Source: Psammoneis japonica (lineage: Eukaryota). From it: 64,000 bases of DNA. The stretch is taken from positions 1 through 64,000 of the forward strand of contig QPGO01000105.1 of assembly GCA_008632985.1 (NCBI GenBank), read 5' to 3'. The translations under genes and the position numbers were made by a program. Below, piece by piece: positions 49,221 to 61,503 of the stretch; within the stretch, counting starts at the first letter, position 1, and every line of letters begins with the position of its first letter. The notes beneath the pieces were generated by a model. It saw only the letters and a program-made list of their open reading frames with translations, did no database searches and was not told where the DNA came from.

Positions 49221-52200
49221 ATGACGAATCCTCGTCAACCCGACGCGGAAAGGACTAGCTTTCCGTCGCTTCCCGATCATAGTCATCACCGCTTGAGCAT
49301 GAGCAAAAGTGGATACAAGATTTCAAACAAGTCGAATCGAGTCGAGCAGGCGACTCCTCATCAACCCGATGATGACTGGGCGAAGTTCCCATCGCATCCT
49401 AACCATACACCGGGTTATTATCACCGCGCAAGCAACAAGGACTCATACAACGGACAAAGTCAAAGCCACCAATGCCCCACTAATCAAAGTAATGATTCTG
49501 TGGAAGTTACCATTTCATCCTCAACTCCTGGTGCTGAATACGTTTCTGGTATCGACGCATCCTCGGATTCGCGCGATGCCAGTCCCGAGATGAATCCCCA
49601 AGAAGCCCAACCTAGGGTCAACAGTTCAGATGATTATCTTGCTGTCGCTGAACTCGCGGATCCACCTCCAACTCCACCGCCGATGGTACTCGGGGTTGAA
49701 GCTCCCGACGAAGAAGCCATTTACGATACGGCCTATCAAGGAGCCAGAAAAGGGGCTAAAGACGAACGAAAGCAAGAGAACAGGAGGAGGCGATGGTTGG
49801 TTGCTCTCGTAATCTTAGTTATTATTGGAGCAGCCGTCGGAGTCGCTGTTCCTTTAGTGATGAAGAAAGATTCAGATGCTGGAGGCGACACCTTCGTCAG
49901 CGAAGTGGAAGTCTTCAACCTTACCTATGTCGCCCAAAGCACCACCCAGATCATTGTCATCGCGAACGGGCTGAACGGTACCATCCCATCAAACCTATTC
50001 TTGTTGACCGAACTTACCCACCTTGACCTCTCCGACAATAACTTAAGTGGCACCATCCCCACAGAATTTGGTCGCTTTTTGCAACTCGAGTACCTCGATC
50101 TCTCTAATAACACCCTTTCAGGAACTCTACCAATTGAGTTGGCACGTTCAAAAAAGCTCACAGATCTCTACCTTCAAGATAACGCCGATATACGAGGTCC
50201 TATCCCGAAAGAAATTTCCTCGCTGGGAAATTTGGGGAACATGTGGTTGTACAATACAGACCTTACTGGCGCCGTCCCGTCCTCTCTGTGCACTTCTATG
50301 CAGCTGCATCCTCGAATTGACTGCGAAGAGATCGAGTGTGAGTGCTGCGCCGATCTGAACTCACTTCCTTGCGAGGATGGTGCTTCGTGTAATCCGCCAT
50401 GCGTAGAGCCAGAGGTTTGCCACGAAGGCCAATGCTCCTGTGACGCACCAAACTTCCTTATGAATGGCGTTTGTAAGGAAAGCTTAGAGTGCACTGTTGT
50501 TGGTAGCGCTACGGTTGTTTGCAATCAAGAAAACGTCTGCACCCGGAAGACCTATGATTCGGAAACGGTTGATTGCTGTCAAGACGGTTCCTGCTCAAAC
50601 GCTATTTTCTACCGAAGTGCTGTTTCATGTGGAAACAATTCTTGCGCTGGAGCCATGTTTGCCGGCTGCTCGTGCTGTGATGGTCCCGGTTGTCCTGACG
50701 ACGATGACGTGCCTCCATGCGTGGACGGCACTTCCAATGTTGACAATTTCTGTGGTATCAAGTATCTCGGGTCAAGTTGCAAGGCCTGGGGGAACCCGAT
50801 GTGCAACGAAGTACAGCTATCCTTCTCCGAGACTCCTCTCCATCCCGCGCCAAGTTGCAACAAGTTCTTCGACACCAATCTCTGCCAATATGGCAAGTGT
50901 CCCGGCGTTGACATGACTGGCTGCACGGTTTTGTGTCACCACAGTTGCGCCAGCTCATTCTATAATTCTGGTGGTCTCAAAGACCGTACCAGCTTTAAAG
51001 ACTCTGTTGTTGATTGTGAAGGTGGCAGAGCCTGCCACTCGTCACGTATTGAGGACTCTACAGTGCGGTGTCTCGGAAGCAATACTTGCACAAAAGTTCG
51101 GTTTGATAGATCCACAGTTCTCTGCGAAGAGGGCGGCTCCTGTTCTGGGTCAGCGTTTTATCGCAGTGCTGTATCGTGTGGACTTGGATCTTGTGTGGGA
51201 GCTTTCTTCGCCGGTTGTTCGTGTTGTGACGGCCCCGGTTGTCCTGATGAGACACTTGTACCTCGCTGTACGGATGGGAGCGCGTCGTCGGGCGCTTTCT
51301 GTGGCAGCAAGTCTCTTGGGTCAAGCTGCAAGGCGTGGGAAAACCCGCTATGCGAAAGCGTTCAGCTCGCCCTGCCCGAGGCTCCTCTGCGTCCTGCGGC
51401 GAAGTGTACCACGTCCTTGGACACAAACCTCTGCCGAGCTGGCGAGTGCTCCGGGATTGACTTGATGGGTTGTACTGTACTGTGTTATCACAGTTGTTCC
51501 ACCTCATTCTATAACTCTGGTGGTGTCAAAGACCGTACCATCTTGACAGACTCTATTATTGATTGTGAAGGTGGCACCGCCTGCCACTCGTCACAGATCG
51601 AGGACTCGACAGTGCGGTGTCTCGGAAGCAATACTTGCACAAAGGTTCGGTTTGATAGATCCACAGTTCTCTGCGAAGAGGGTGGCTCCTGTTCTGGGTC
51701 AGCATTTTATCGCAGTGCTGTATCGTGTGGACTTGGATCTTGTGTGGGAACATTCTTCGCCGGTTGTTCTTGTTGTGACGGCCCCGGGTGTCCTGATGAG
51801 TCGGTCGTGCCCCGTTGCACCGATGGTAGCTCATCCGTTGAGGCTTTCTGTGGCAGTAAGTCTCTCGGGTCAAGCTGCAAGGCATGGGGAAATCCGCTAT
51901 GCGAAAGCACTCAGCTCGCCCTGCAGGAGTCTCCGTTGCGTCCGGCAGCTGGATGCACCAAGTCCTTGGATACAAACCTCTGCCGCGCTGGCGAGTGCTC
52001 CGGGATTGACTTGATGGGTTGTACTGTATTGTGTTACCACAGTTGCTCCACCTCATTCTATAACTCTGGTGCTGTCAAAGACCGTACCATCTTGACAGAC
52101 TCTGTCATTGATTGTGAAGGTGGCACCGCCTGCCACTCGTCGCAAATCGAGGACTCTACAGTACGGTGTCTCGGAAGTAATACTTGCACAAAAGTTCGGT

Positions 52201-53003
52201 TTGATAGATCTACTGTTCTCTGCGAAGAGGGCGGATCCTGCTCTGGATCAGCATTTTATCGCAGTGCTGTCACGTGTGAACTTGGGTCGTGTGTTGGAGC
52301 TTTCTTCGCCGGTTGTTCGTGCTGCGACGGCCCCGGTTGTCCTGAAGAGACAGTTGTCCGTCGTTGTACCGATGGGAGCTCATCGGTGGATACTTTCTGT
52401 GGCAGTAGCTTCCTCGGGTCAAGTTGCAAGGCGTGGGGGAATCCTCTGTGCGAAGACATTCAGCTCGCCCTACCCGAGTCTCCGCTGCGTCCGGCAGCTG
52501 GTTGTACCACGTCCTTGGACACAAACCTTTGTCACGCTGGCAAATGTTATGGGATCGATTTGACGGGCTGCACCGTATTGTGTTACTACAGCTGCGCCAC
52601 CTCATTCTATAACTCTGGTGGTGTCAAAGACCTTGTCACCTTTGCTGACTCTATTGTGGATTGTGAAGGCGGCTCGGCCTGTCATTCATCGCGTATTGAA
52701 GATTCCACCATCCGCTGTCTCGGTCGTCAAACGTGCACGAAAGTTCGTTTTGATCGATCTGAAGTACTCTGTGACGAGGGTGGCTCTTGCTCGTCTGCGG
52801 CATTTGCATCCAGTGCTGTTGAGTGCGGGCTGGGATCTTGCACTGGGGCGACGTTCACAGGCTGTTCCTGTTGCAGTGGCGTTGGGTGTCCGTCGGCTGA
52901 CGTTGTCCCCCCTTGTCCCGCAACCACGCAAGAAATTACTAATTTTTGCTCTGGCGCGTCTCAAAACTCCACGTGCGTGGAGTTAGGCAATCCGTTTTGT
53001 TAG
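49221..53003 (+). CDS. Type II membrane protein with LRRs and about 4.5 tandem 183-aa Cys-rich repeats
   Basis: TM helix after RRRR; LxxLDLSxNxLSGTIP LRRs; 549-bp repeat period (SFYNSGG...VDCEGG recurs at about 50960, 51510, 52060 and 52610). Confidence 0.9.
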   Translation: MTNPRQPDAERTSFPSLPDHSHHRLSMSKSGYKISNKSNRVEQATPHQPDDDWAKFPSHPNHTPGYYHRASNKDSYNGQSQSHQCPTNQSNDSVEVTISSSTPGAEYVSGIDASSDSRDASPEMNPQEAQPRVNSSDDYLAVAELADPPPTPPPMVLGVEAPDEEAIYDTAYQGARKGAKDERKQENRRRRWLVALVILVIIGAAVGVAVPLVMKKDSDAGGDTFVSEVEVFNLTYVAQSTTQIIVIANGLNGTIPSNLFLLTELTHLDLSDNNLSGTIPTEFGRFLQLEYLDLSNNTLSGTLPIELARSKKLTDLYLQDNADIRGPIPKEISSLGNLGNMWLYNTDLTGAVPSSLCTSMQLHPRIDCEEIECECCADLNSLPCEDGASCNPPCVEPEVCHEGQCSCDAPNFLMNGVCKESLECTVVGSATVVCNQENVCTRKTYDSETVDCCQDGSCSNAIFYRSAVSCGNNSCAGAMFAGCSCCDGPGCPDDDDVPPCVDGTSNVDNFCGIKYLGSSCKAWGNPMCNEVQLSFSETPLHPAPSCNKFFDTNLCQYGKCPGVDMTGCTVLCHHSCASSFYNSGGLKDRTSFKDSVVDCEGGRACHSSRIEDSTVRCLGSNTCTKVRFDRSTVLCEEGGSCSGSAFYRSAVSCGLGSCVGAFFAGCSCCDGPGCPDETLVPRCTDGSASSGAFCGSKSLGSSCKAWENPLCESVQLALPEAPLRPAAKCTTSLDTNLCRAGECSGIDLMGCTVLCYHSCSTSFYNSGGVKDRTILTDSIIDCEGGTACHSSQIEDSTVRCLGSNTCTKVRFDRSTVLCEEGGSCSGSAFYRSAVSCGLGSCVGTFFAGCSCCDGPGCPDESVVPRCTDGSSSVEAFCGSKSLGSSCKAWGNPLCESTQLALQESPLRPAAGCTKSLDTNLCRAGECSGIDLMGCTVLCYHSCSTSFYNSGAVKDRTILTDSVIDCEGGTACHSSQIEDSTVRCLGSNTCTKVRFDRSTVLCEEGGSCSGSAFYRSAVTCELGSCVGAFFAGCSCCDGPGCPEETVVRRCTDGSSSVDTFCGSSFLGSSCKAWGNPLCEDIQLALPESPLRPAAGCTTSLDTNLCHAGKCYGIDLTGCTVLCYYSCATSFYNSGGVKDLVTFADSIVDCEGGSACHSSRIEDSTIRCLGRQTCTKVRFDRSEVLCDEGGSCSSAAFASSAVECGLGSCTGATFTGCSCCSGVGCPSADVVPPCPATTQEITNFCSGASQNSTCVELGNPFC

Positions 53004-53445
53004 ACAACATTCTCCTGGTGGTTGTCGTAAGATTCATGTTTCATATTAAAATCAAATCACCATTTTGATAGAGATAATGCAGTAGGGATGACGACTCTCC
53101 TCGTGTCGTTTTCTTTCTACGATGCAGCGAGACTCTGGCGCCGGTGGCCAGCAGGAGCTACCGTGCTATTTTGCACCTGGACAGAATTGCAAGATCGTCA
53201 GTCGCCGGACTCGCAGTAAAGAAAAGAGAAGCAGCGCACGAAGCAGAACTTCGCAACCCAAGTGATATCTACTAGCTACTGCTATCTAGCAACAGACGGT
53301 TATTCGCTTTTCAATAAGATGAATCAATTATCCCATTTTTCCTAGCCATGACTTCAAACCAACTTGTATCAGGGATGACGTCCATTCATTTGTACTGCGC
53401 TGCATAATAAATAACAGATACAAGCTGCTGGTCACTCTTCTTTCC

Positions 53446-55557
53446 TCAATCCCTCAAGAAGAATTTCTTGAACGCATTCTTAACTTTGCGTCCCAAATCC
53501 TTCGTTCCTTTGGATTTGTTCACTATTGCAGCATCGATACGGTTTCTCAACTTTATGAGCTGCGATTCAGTCTTTCGAACGTCAGCCGCGGCCTTCTCGA
53601 GCAGTTTGACTACATTTTCTATATCCGACCATTCGTACTGTGGCTTCGAAACCAAATTTTCTTTTGCCTCCGATGTCCGCTGAGTACGAGAGCGGGCTTC
53701 GATCATCAGAGTGTTCGCTTCGGTCAAACACGCATTCAGGGCCCCCAGTAGAGTCCGCTCAACCGAAGCCAACTTTTGCTTCTCCTCCAACAAGTCATCT
53801 AGCTGCATCGCACCGGGACCTGGCTTGAGCTTTCTGCGAAGTTGCATCATTTCTAGAATGATACCGTCAAAGTATTCGACTGCCTCTTGCTTTGTTTTGA
53901 TGTCCTCCTCGAGTCCGTTTATGAATAGTAACATTTCGGCTTCACGCTGCGCTTCCATGTCGAGCTCTGTATCCAGCATTCTTAGCATTGTCGCGCCCTG
54001 TTGAGAACAGAAAAGCAGCTTAGAAAATAATCAAAGCCAGAAGACCTTAGTTACTAGAGCAACAAAACTCACTTCCTGATCAATCAAGTTTTGCGTCGAT
54101 TGGAGCTTGGCTTCTAATTCCATTTCCATTTGTCGAGTCTGCTGCTCCGTCGCAGCCTTAATTTCAGCAATCTTTTGCGCCGCCTGATCCTTAAAAGCCG
54201 CTGTCCTGCTCAAGTGCTCTTGTGTCCTTGCTTGTGCATCCTTCAAGTTTTCTTCCACCAATGAATAAGCACTTGACACCCCAAGCGATTTGGCACTTGA
54301 GGCAAGTCTGTTTTCAGCATTGGCTCCACTAATCTCCACGTTCTTGTAGTAATCCAAGGCGTCGGCAACATCCTTGTCGCTGGGGTTGTTCGAGGTAATA
54401 CTAGGGCTGGTGGCACTCGCAGTTCCTCCAAGTCCAGTAGTGCCTCCAAGCCCACTGCTGGCACCGCCATTCAGCCCACTGCTGCTGAATCCAGAACTGC
54501 CAGCTGGAGAAGTGCTCACACCGCCAAGTCCCGCACCACCAGAACCGAGCCCACTACTCGTACCACCAGGACCAGCGCCACCACTCAATCCAGGGCTTGA
54601 GCCGAGACCACCGCTAGTTGATGGAGCTCCACCGCCCAATCCAGGACTAGCGCCGAATCCGCCACTAAGTCCAGCGGATGCGGGAGATCCACCGCCCAAT
54701 CCGCTACTATTAGCAGCGGGAGATCCACCACCAAGTCCAGAACTTGCACCGAATCCACTACTAGTTGCTGGAGGTGCTCCACCAAGTCCGGGACTTGTAC
54801 CGGGTCCACTACTAGATGCAGAAGGAGGCCCACTACCAAGTCCAGGACTTGAGCCTAGTCCAGTGGATGCGGGAGGCCCACCACCAAATCCAGCACCAGC
54901 CGCGGGACTACTAGAAGTACTCTCCCCAGGCCCACCACTGAAACTAGATGCAGGAGGAGGCCCACCACCAAATCCTGCATTGGTACCGGGAGCACTAGTG
55001 GAGCTTGCACCGGGAGCACTACTCAGCCCACTACTACCAAATCCCGCACTAACACCAGCTCCACTACCAGGAGGTCCACCGCTGAATCCAGCACTTGCTC
55101 CACCGGAAGCACTGCTAGGTCCACTAGATGCAGGAGGTCCACCGCTAAATCCAGCGCCAGATCCGCCTGGAGGTCCACCTGTAAAGCCTGCACCAGCCCC
55201 CGGGGCACTACCAATTCCAGTGCTAGCTCCAGGGGCCCCACCACCGCTCATCCCAGGAGCGCTACTTGTTGCTCCGGGAGGACCACCAGGAGGACCACCC
55301 GTGAATCCAGCACTACTAAGTCCCGTATTCGCTCCCGGGTTCGATGGAGGAGAAGTATTTTCATTATCATCATCCTTTTTTGGAGGCGGCGGAGGATCAC
55401 TGAGTGAATTCGACCATGACTCCATAAAAAGCGAAGAAATAGTATTTCTGCCATAAGAAGTTGTTTGTTTCGTTGTCATCCAACCCGCCGGAGTGAACGC
55501 CTCTGACTCATGCTGGGCGGCAAGCACCACCAAGAGTGCAAAAGACCATTTACCCAT
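53446..55557 (-). CDS. Plastid-targeted coiled-coil protein, paralogue B, with a long Gly/Ser/Pro/Ala linker; intron about 53998-54072 (acceptor uncertain)
   Basis: Signal peptide ending SEAF-TP; C-terminus homologous to 29504-30857 (QREAE, LKPGPGAMQLDDLL); same splice donor position. Confidence 0.8.
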
Positions 55558-55799
55558 GAGTGTGCTTTGCGTCGTTTTGTTGTTACTCTCACAACAAAGA
55601 ACAAAGAAACAACAGCTAACCTACCGACCCGCAATGCAAAGTGATGATGATGTCGTGCCGTGTGGAATGTTATCGTTGCTCTTTGTGTGTTTTTCCCTTT
55701 TCAATTTTATTCGTGACCAGAGATTTGCTATGCTCGCTCACAACGGACCATGCTGACGTACTTGATTCGAATCGTACGACTGGACGTCAAGGCATTTTG

Positions 55800-58300
55800 G
55801 AACCCAGGTGATGGTTTGAGGACTGCGGATGGGCATTGCAAGGTTGATCTTGTGGTGTTGTGGCCCCATGTCACATTGTCCCCAACAGCAGCACAGACTT
55901 GACTTCCCCAGCTCCAGAGTGCAAGGATCCCATGATGGCACCAACCAACTCAACAGCTGCAAGCTGAGGGCATTGGTCATCTCTGGCAATGGTGGGCCCA
56001 GGCGCACCCAACACTTTGAGAGCTGTGGTTGAGTGGTTTGCAAGGTTGATCTTGCAGTGTTGTGGCTCCATGTCACCTTGTCCCCAACAGGAACAGTGAG
56101 TCAACTTTTGTGCCCCCAAAGAACTCCAAAGGGAAAGACCCCGTGACACAGCACCTCAAAACCAACCTTGAAGCTGCACGCTGAAGAAACTGACAGAGTG
56201 TCTGGAGGACCCCAGCAGGCAACACACTGAGAACTGTGGTTGAGCATTGCAAGGTTGATCTTGTGGCCCCATGTCATCTTGTTCCCAACAGCAGCAGTGG
56301 AGTTGAGCCACCAAACTCTAGAGTGAAAGACCCCATGACACCAGTGCCAACCATCCTGACAACAGCAGGCTGAGGGCAGCATTGGAGGTCTCTGGTGTGG
56401 GCGACACATTGAGAACTGTGGTTCCTTTTGAACACTGCAGGGCATTGATCTTGTGGTGCTGTGGCCCCATGTCACCCAGCCCCCAACAGCACCAGTGGAC
56501 TTGAGCCTCTCCAAACTCCAGAACAAAAGACCCCACCAACTGACCTGACAACAGCAAGCGCGGGACTTTGGCAGTGTCTGACAGACCCCTGGCAACACAC
56601 TGAGAACTGTGGCTGAGCATTGCAAGGTTGATCTTGTTGTGTTGTGACCCCACAATGTCATGCTGTCCTCAACAGCGGCAGACATCTTGAGTTTCCAAGT
56701 TCCAGAGTGAAAGGGCCCCCCATGGCAGTGCCAAGAACCAACCCAGTGGCTGCAAGCTGGTGGGCAAACTGGTGGTGTCTGGCAAACCTCAGAGGAAAGA
56801 TTGAGAAGTGTGGTTGAGCATTGAGAGGTTGATCTTGTGGTGTTGTGATGACCCAACAATGTCACCCACATGTTGTCCTCATCAACAGTGGCAGACTTGG
56901 CAAGTTTCCAAGCTCCAGGGTGAAAGGACCCCATGACAGTGCCAACCAACCCAAAAACTCCTGCAAGCTGAGCAAACTGGCAGTGGCTGGCAGACCTCAG
57001 AGGAAACTTTAAGAATGTGGTTGAGTGTGTTGCATGGTTGATCTTGTGGTGTTGTGGCCTTTGCCTTGTCTCCAATGGCAGCAGCAGACTTTTGAGTCTC
57101 AAAACTTGTCCAGAGTGAAAGGAGTGCCAACCAACCTGATGACAGCAAGCTGAGGAGGGCACTGGCAGTCTCTGGCAGAGCTCAGGCAATGCTTTGAGAA
57201 CTGTGGGCTGAGCATGTTGCAAGGTTGCTTGATCTTGCAGAGTTGTGGCCCCACACCTTGCCCCCAAGAGAAGCATGCCCAGGCCAGGTTTCCATTCAAC
57301 TCCAGAGTGAGAGGACCCCATGACAGCAGCAACCAACCTGACAACAGCAAATGAAGAACACTGGCAGGACCCACGCAAATCCCACGTGTCACCTGTTCAA
57401 CAAGTTGCAACTTGGCAGAAGTTTCAGTTGCTCAAATCTCCCTGATTTAATGGATTTGGGTCAAGGTGTGAAGCCATCAAATTGTTTTGAAAAGAAGCAC
57501 AGCAAACTTTCAATGAAAGCACCACTTTTGATGCTTCTGACCAATGGATGGATGCCGGAATGTGAAATGTGCGGTGAGCACTCGAGGGCAAGTTTCACAA
57601 CATTTTCCATTGTTGTGCTCACAAAATCAATTCTTTTTGACATCTTCATTGTCAGGGTGAAGTTTTCTTGCCCATTGTTTCAGAAAGAATGTGGGTCAGA
57701 AGAGCAGCGAAGTGCAGACAAAAATTTTGTTGTGCAAATCAAACATCTGAGGAGCCGCTCCCTGCCAGTGCTTGGCACCACTTTCCAAGACAAACCAGCT
57801 CAAGAGCCCCACAGACAACTGGCTGAGATGTGCGTTGCACATCAATGACAGATCTCCAAGAGGTGCTGCACAGCTTGGAGACTTTCATCTGCTGCTTCAG
57901 TTTGACAAGCCTGGCCCATCACAACCTCCCCAGCCCAACAGCTTCCAGCATCTCAAGCACTTGCCAAGCTTTGCTTTTTTCATTCCAATCACCCACAATC
58001 ATTGCAATTGAGAAAGCATGACAAGACACTGTTGATTTGACAACAACACACAATGAATCTTCTGGCAGTCCAAGTCGATTTGGTTGTCAAGTTGGGTGGC
58101 TGGCAATCCACTTCCAGGCTGGTCTGCATTTGTTTCTGCTCAAGCAAAGCCACCCCAAAAAGCCAGACACATCAGCCCACCTGCAGCAGAAATTTTGATG
58201 GAGAGCAAAAGAAAACTAGCAAAAGTGTGACAATTGACAGTTTGAGTGGCAATCACCCACCAATGTCCTTCCTCATGCGATTGTGGAAAAAACGATGCCT
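55800..58300. other. TpA/CpG-depleted hypermutated block
   Basis: Same dinucleotide signature. Confidence 0.85.
55830..57350 (+). repeat. Degenerate tandem array, about 8 units of about 180-210 bp, TpA-depleted
   Basis: gcaaggttgatcttgtggtgttgtggccccatgtcac recurs at about 55838, 56040, 56249, 56441, 56622, 56825, 57033 and 57225, each followed by ccagagtg..aggaccccatga. Confidence 0.88.
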
Positions 58301-58559
58301 TTTTTAAAGGCAGTTGCACCCGTCATCATTACAAAACCCAATAAGGAAACACTAGTGGTTGCGGTTGAGGATTCTCATGGTGGCATTGGGTCCTTCTCCG
58401 AAAGCGAGCCGTCGCCTCTGTCTTCAGCAGAGACACCAGCACGAGCCCTGGAAGAGGGACTCCAGACAGAGCCGGCTCGAAAGAAAAAAGTCCGTACATG
58501 ATTGTGAAATGATAACTCTATAGAGCTAAAAATTGTAGACCCGATGTACTATACCTATG

Positions 58560-59402
58560 CTATTGGTTCTCGTTACCAGCATCTTGCTCCAATGAAGACA
58601 ATATCAGGTCAACAGCTTCCACAATTGAGTCAACTGTGTAGTCCACCGCCTTTTCTGGATATTTCAACTCGTCATTTTCTCGATACTTGCCGGTCTTCAC
58701 CAAGATGCCCATTCCAATTCCAGCGTCTTTGGCCCCGATGACATCTGAAAGCACGTCATCCCCCACCATGACGGTTTCTTGCGGCAACGTGTCCGTGGGT
58801 ATAGCTGATTGAAAGAATTTAACATTGGGTTTTCCCACAACTAGTGCTTCGACACCCGACGCCTCCTCCAACAGCGATACAAAGCCACCAGGTCCCAAGG
58901 ATAATTGATCGTCCGAGTCCCGATAATATCGCCCCTTGTGGAGGGCAATCAGTGTTGGGTGCGTCGCCCCGGCATCCTTTTGCTCGAGCAGAATGCGAAA
59001 AGCGTCGTTGAGACGAGAATAACAAAACTCTCCTGGCGCTAACCCAACTACGACGCAATTGTATTTTTCTCCATTTCTATTGTCCACAATGTCGCTTAAG
59101 TCGTTCTGGATCAAATCGGGTTCCAACAGACAAAACGGATTCATGTTGTGGTACTTGTGAGTTAAGAGTTCTCTCACAATCCCAGTCGCGGTGACAATAT
59201 CCGGTATTTCAGCCTCGGTAAACCCAATTTCTCGCAATTGACTGAGCAGCTGAACCCGAGAAGCCTTGGTCGTATTGGTAAGAAATCTAACGTTGAGAGA
59301 CGACTGTTGCAACCGACGAACCGCTTCAATGGCACCGGGTATGGCGGTCTTTCCAACATGCAGTGTTCCCGACAAATCGAGCAACACGGTCTTTATTGTC
59401 AT
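58560..59402 (-). CDS. HAD-superfamily IIA hydrolase (HDHD2/LHPP-like)
   Basis: LLDLSGTLH motif I, FLTNTT, LGPGGFV, VGKPN, MVGDDVLSDV, LVKTGKYR. Confidence 0.92.
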   Translation of the reverse strand: MTIKTVLLDLSGTLHVGKTAIPGAIEAVRRLQQSSLNVRFLTNTTKASRVQLLSQLREIGFTEAEIPDIVTATGIVRELLTHKYHNMNPFCLLEPDLIQNDLSDIVDNRNGEKYNCVVVGLAPGEFCYSRLNDAFRILLEQKDAGATHPTLIALHKGRYYRDSDDQLSLGPGGFVSLLEEASGVEALVVGKPNVKFFQSAIPTDTLPQETVMVGDDVLSDVIGAKDAGIGMGILVKTGKYRENDELKYPEKAVDYTVDSIVEAVDLILSSLEQDAGNENQ

Positions 59403-61503
59403 TCTGAATTCTGAAATTCTCTGGGCTCAATACTCGTTGGAAAGAGAGTGGGGTGCGATGTACCGTATTGTCATCAGATCAGGCTTGTCAAAGAAGCGGG
59501 CGGCGTGCGAAAACAAAACCTCCTCATCGAAAGGGATACACGATTCAAATGTATCTGCATCCCCAGAGCCTTCCGAACACAACAACATCGAAAAGGGATA
59601 CGTACACGATTCTGTAAATAACTGGCGAGAGTAACGACTGAAGCCGACCGTACCGGGCTGAGGACATTTTTGATCGGCTGAAGGACATGTCTGAAGGCAC
59701 AAATGACGGATATATATTATATAAAATTACTGTGTGCTATGACTTCAAAACTTCGAAAATATTAGTTCGTTCCCACCCCCGCTCGAAAGGGATATGGTAC
59801 ACGATTCAAATGGATGCCGATCCCGAAAAGAAAAATCATCGAAAAGGGAAGCTCGTTTTAAAACGTACGAGTAGTTGATCCCCAAAATGCACTTAGTTTA
59901 AAATCATCGAAAGGGGATACACGTTTTAAAACCTAGCTGATCCCCCGACAGCACTGTCTCCATCCTGCCATGATACGGTCTGTCGAACCTCCACTTGCTC
60001 TTGCCAACAATGTTGATTGGTTGTTAGCTGCACTATCTCACACTGAATCGTATGCCTGCAGTGCCAATCTTTCTAGGCGACGCTGGTCTCTTGGCCTGTG
60101 ATAGATTATATTTCCGCAAGTTTGGATGTCTACGGATTTCTTTTGGCCTATCCGTGCGCTCGGTCTTTGGTATAGCGCCATGTCCCACTTGATTCTGTAC
60201 AGTTTTCAAGACGACTACCCCTCCTTGTTGGTTATCTGTTTTCTCAATTTTCTTTCCCTGTCCATGTTGCACCTTTCGGAGCAGGCCATGGTTCTGGTGT
60301 TTTTGTAAGCGTGCCCGATAGACATGGTGAGCACAGATGTTGAAAGCTCTCGTCTTGAGTCCAGACAAATCGCAGCTCTGGAAGCCATTCCTGGTTTTAG
60401 TTGGAGCGTTCGAAACGAAACTATTCCGGAAGTGCCGTCAGAGGAAGATTGGTCCGAGCTCTTGTTCAACCGTGTGCTCATTTCTCCTTGTGCGCCTGCG
60501 CTCGCATTGGGCTGCTCTCGACGACAAACGTCCCAACCGCTGCGGTGGTTCGACGTCGGAGGAGCAAAAAATGAGACCCGAGGAGCGCTGGACGAAACCT
60601 GCACAAGAGAACTGTGAGGCCATGGATACGTGGGCACCGCTTTATTTATATAAGAAAGTGAAGATAGAAGCAAAACATTATGATTGTAGCAAAGGAAGTT
60701 TCACCAGTCAGACACATTAAATTATATATTAAACTAGGTGAATTCCATGATGAATGGCACTGCCTCTCCCAGCGACTCGCCACCCGCACTACTTACTACT
60801 TCTTCCTGACGCACCAGCTCGCTGCTTTCCAGAGAAGCGAATTTGCATACCGTACCGGTATAACCCACAGTGTTTCTTATGTCCTTTACTTGGTACACGA
60901 CGCAGCAGTATGAAACCATGGCGTCGCACCTGCTGCACACTGATATATGCCAACATAGTGACCAGAGACTCGAAAATTCCGTTACATATAATACTTCCTC
61001 GAGCTTTGACTTCAAGCTTACCGCGCAACCACTGGATCAAAGTTGGATCTTGACAATGGGTATCGCAAACAAGTAAAAGTGATGGTATGCGTAGTCATCA
61101 TGTTCTTTCAACGTTACGACTTATTGTTGCGACCGAATCGGGGGGCAGAAGATGAAGCAGGAACTGGTTTAACCAGCAAAAACGTTCGTCTCCTTCGAAA
61201 AAGGGACTAACAACATCGTCAAAAGCATGGATTGCAAGAAAACCAAGTTCATTGCCCGTTCGATCGGGATGGATCTTTCGAGCAGCTGCAGGAACTCTCC
61301 TAGAAAGTGATGCAGTCTCGTGGTAGTCCGGTCCCTGCTATCCCTTGTACCTTGTCAGAACAATAAGGTAAGCTCCTCCGTACGTTAGATCAAGACTGTC
61401 ACAGTAGATTGGATCCACCGCTGCGTGCCTACCGGTACGCGTTTCACCGGCCGTTGCCTAGCTCGTTCCTCTCGGACGTGTAGGGTGCAGCAGCACTTGT
61501 GAG

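Noticed and set aside
54374..55456. 360-aa Pro/Leu-rich plus-strand ORF
   Set aside because: Antisense shadow of the Gly/Ser-rich region of the minus-strand gene.
55830..57350. CRISPR-like appearance of the recurring gcaaggttgatcttg motif
   Set aside because: The intervening sequences are homologous to each other rather than unique spacers, the period is about 190 bp, there are no cas genes and the context is eukaryotic.
60126..60617. Possible helicase-associated (HA) domain fragment (QIAALEAIPGFSWSV)
   Set aside because: Similarity is too short, the frame is interrupted by stops and no gene model could be built.
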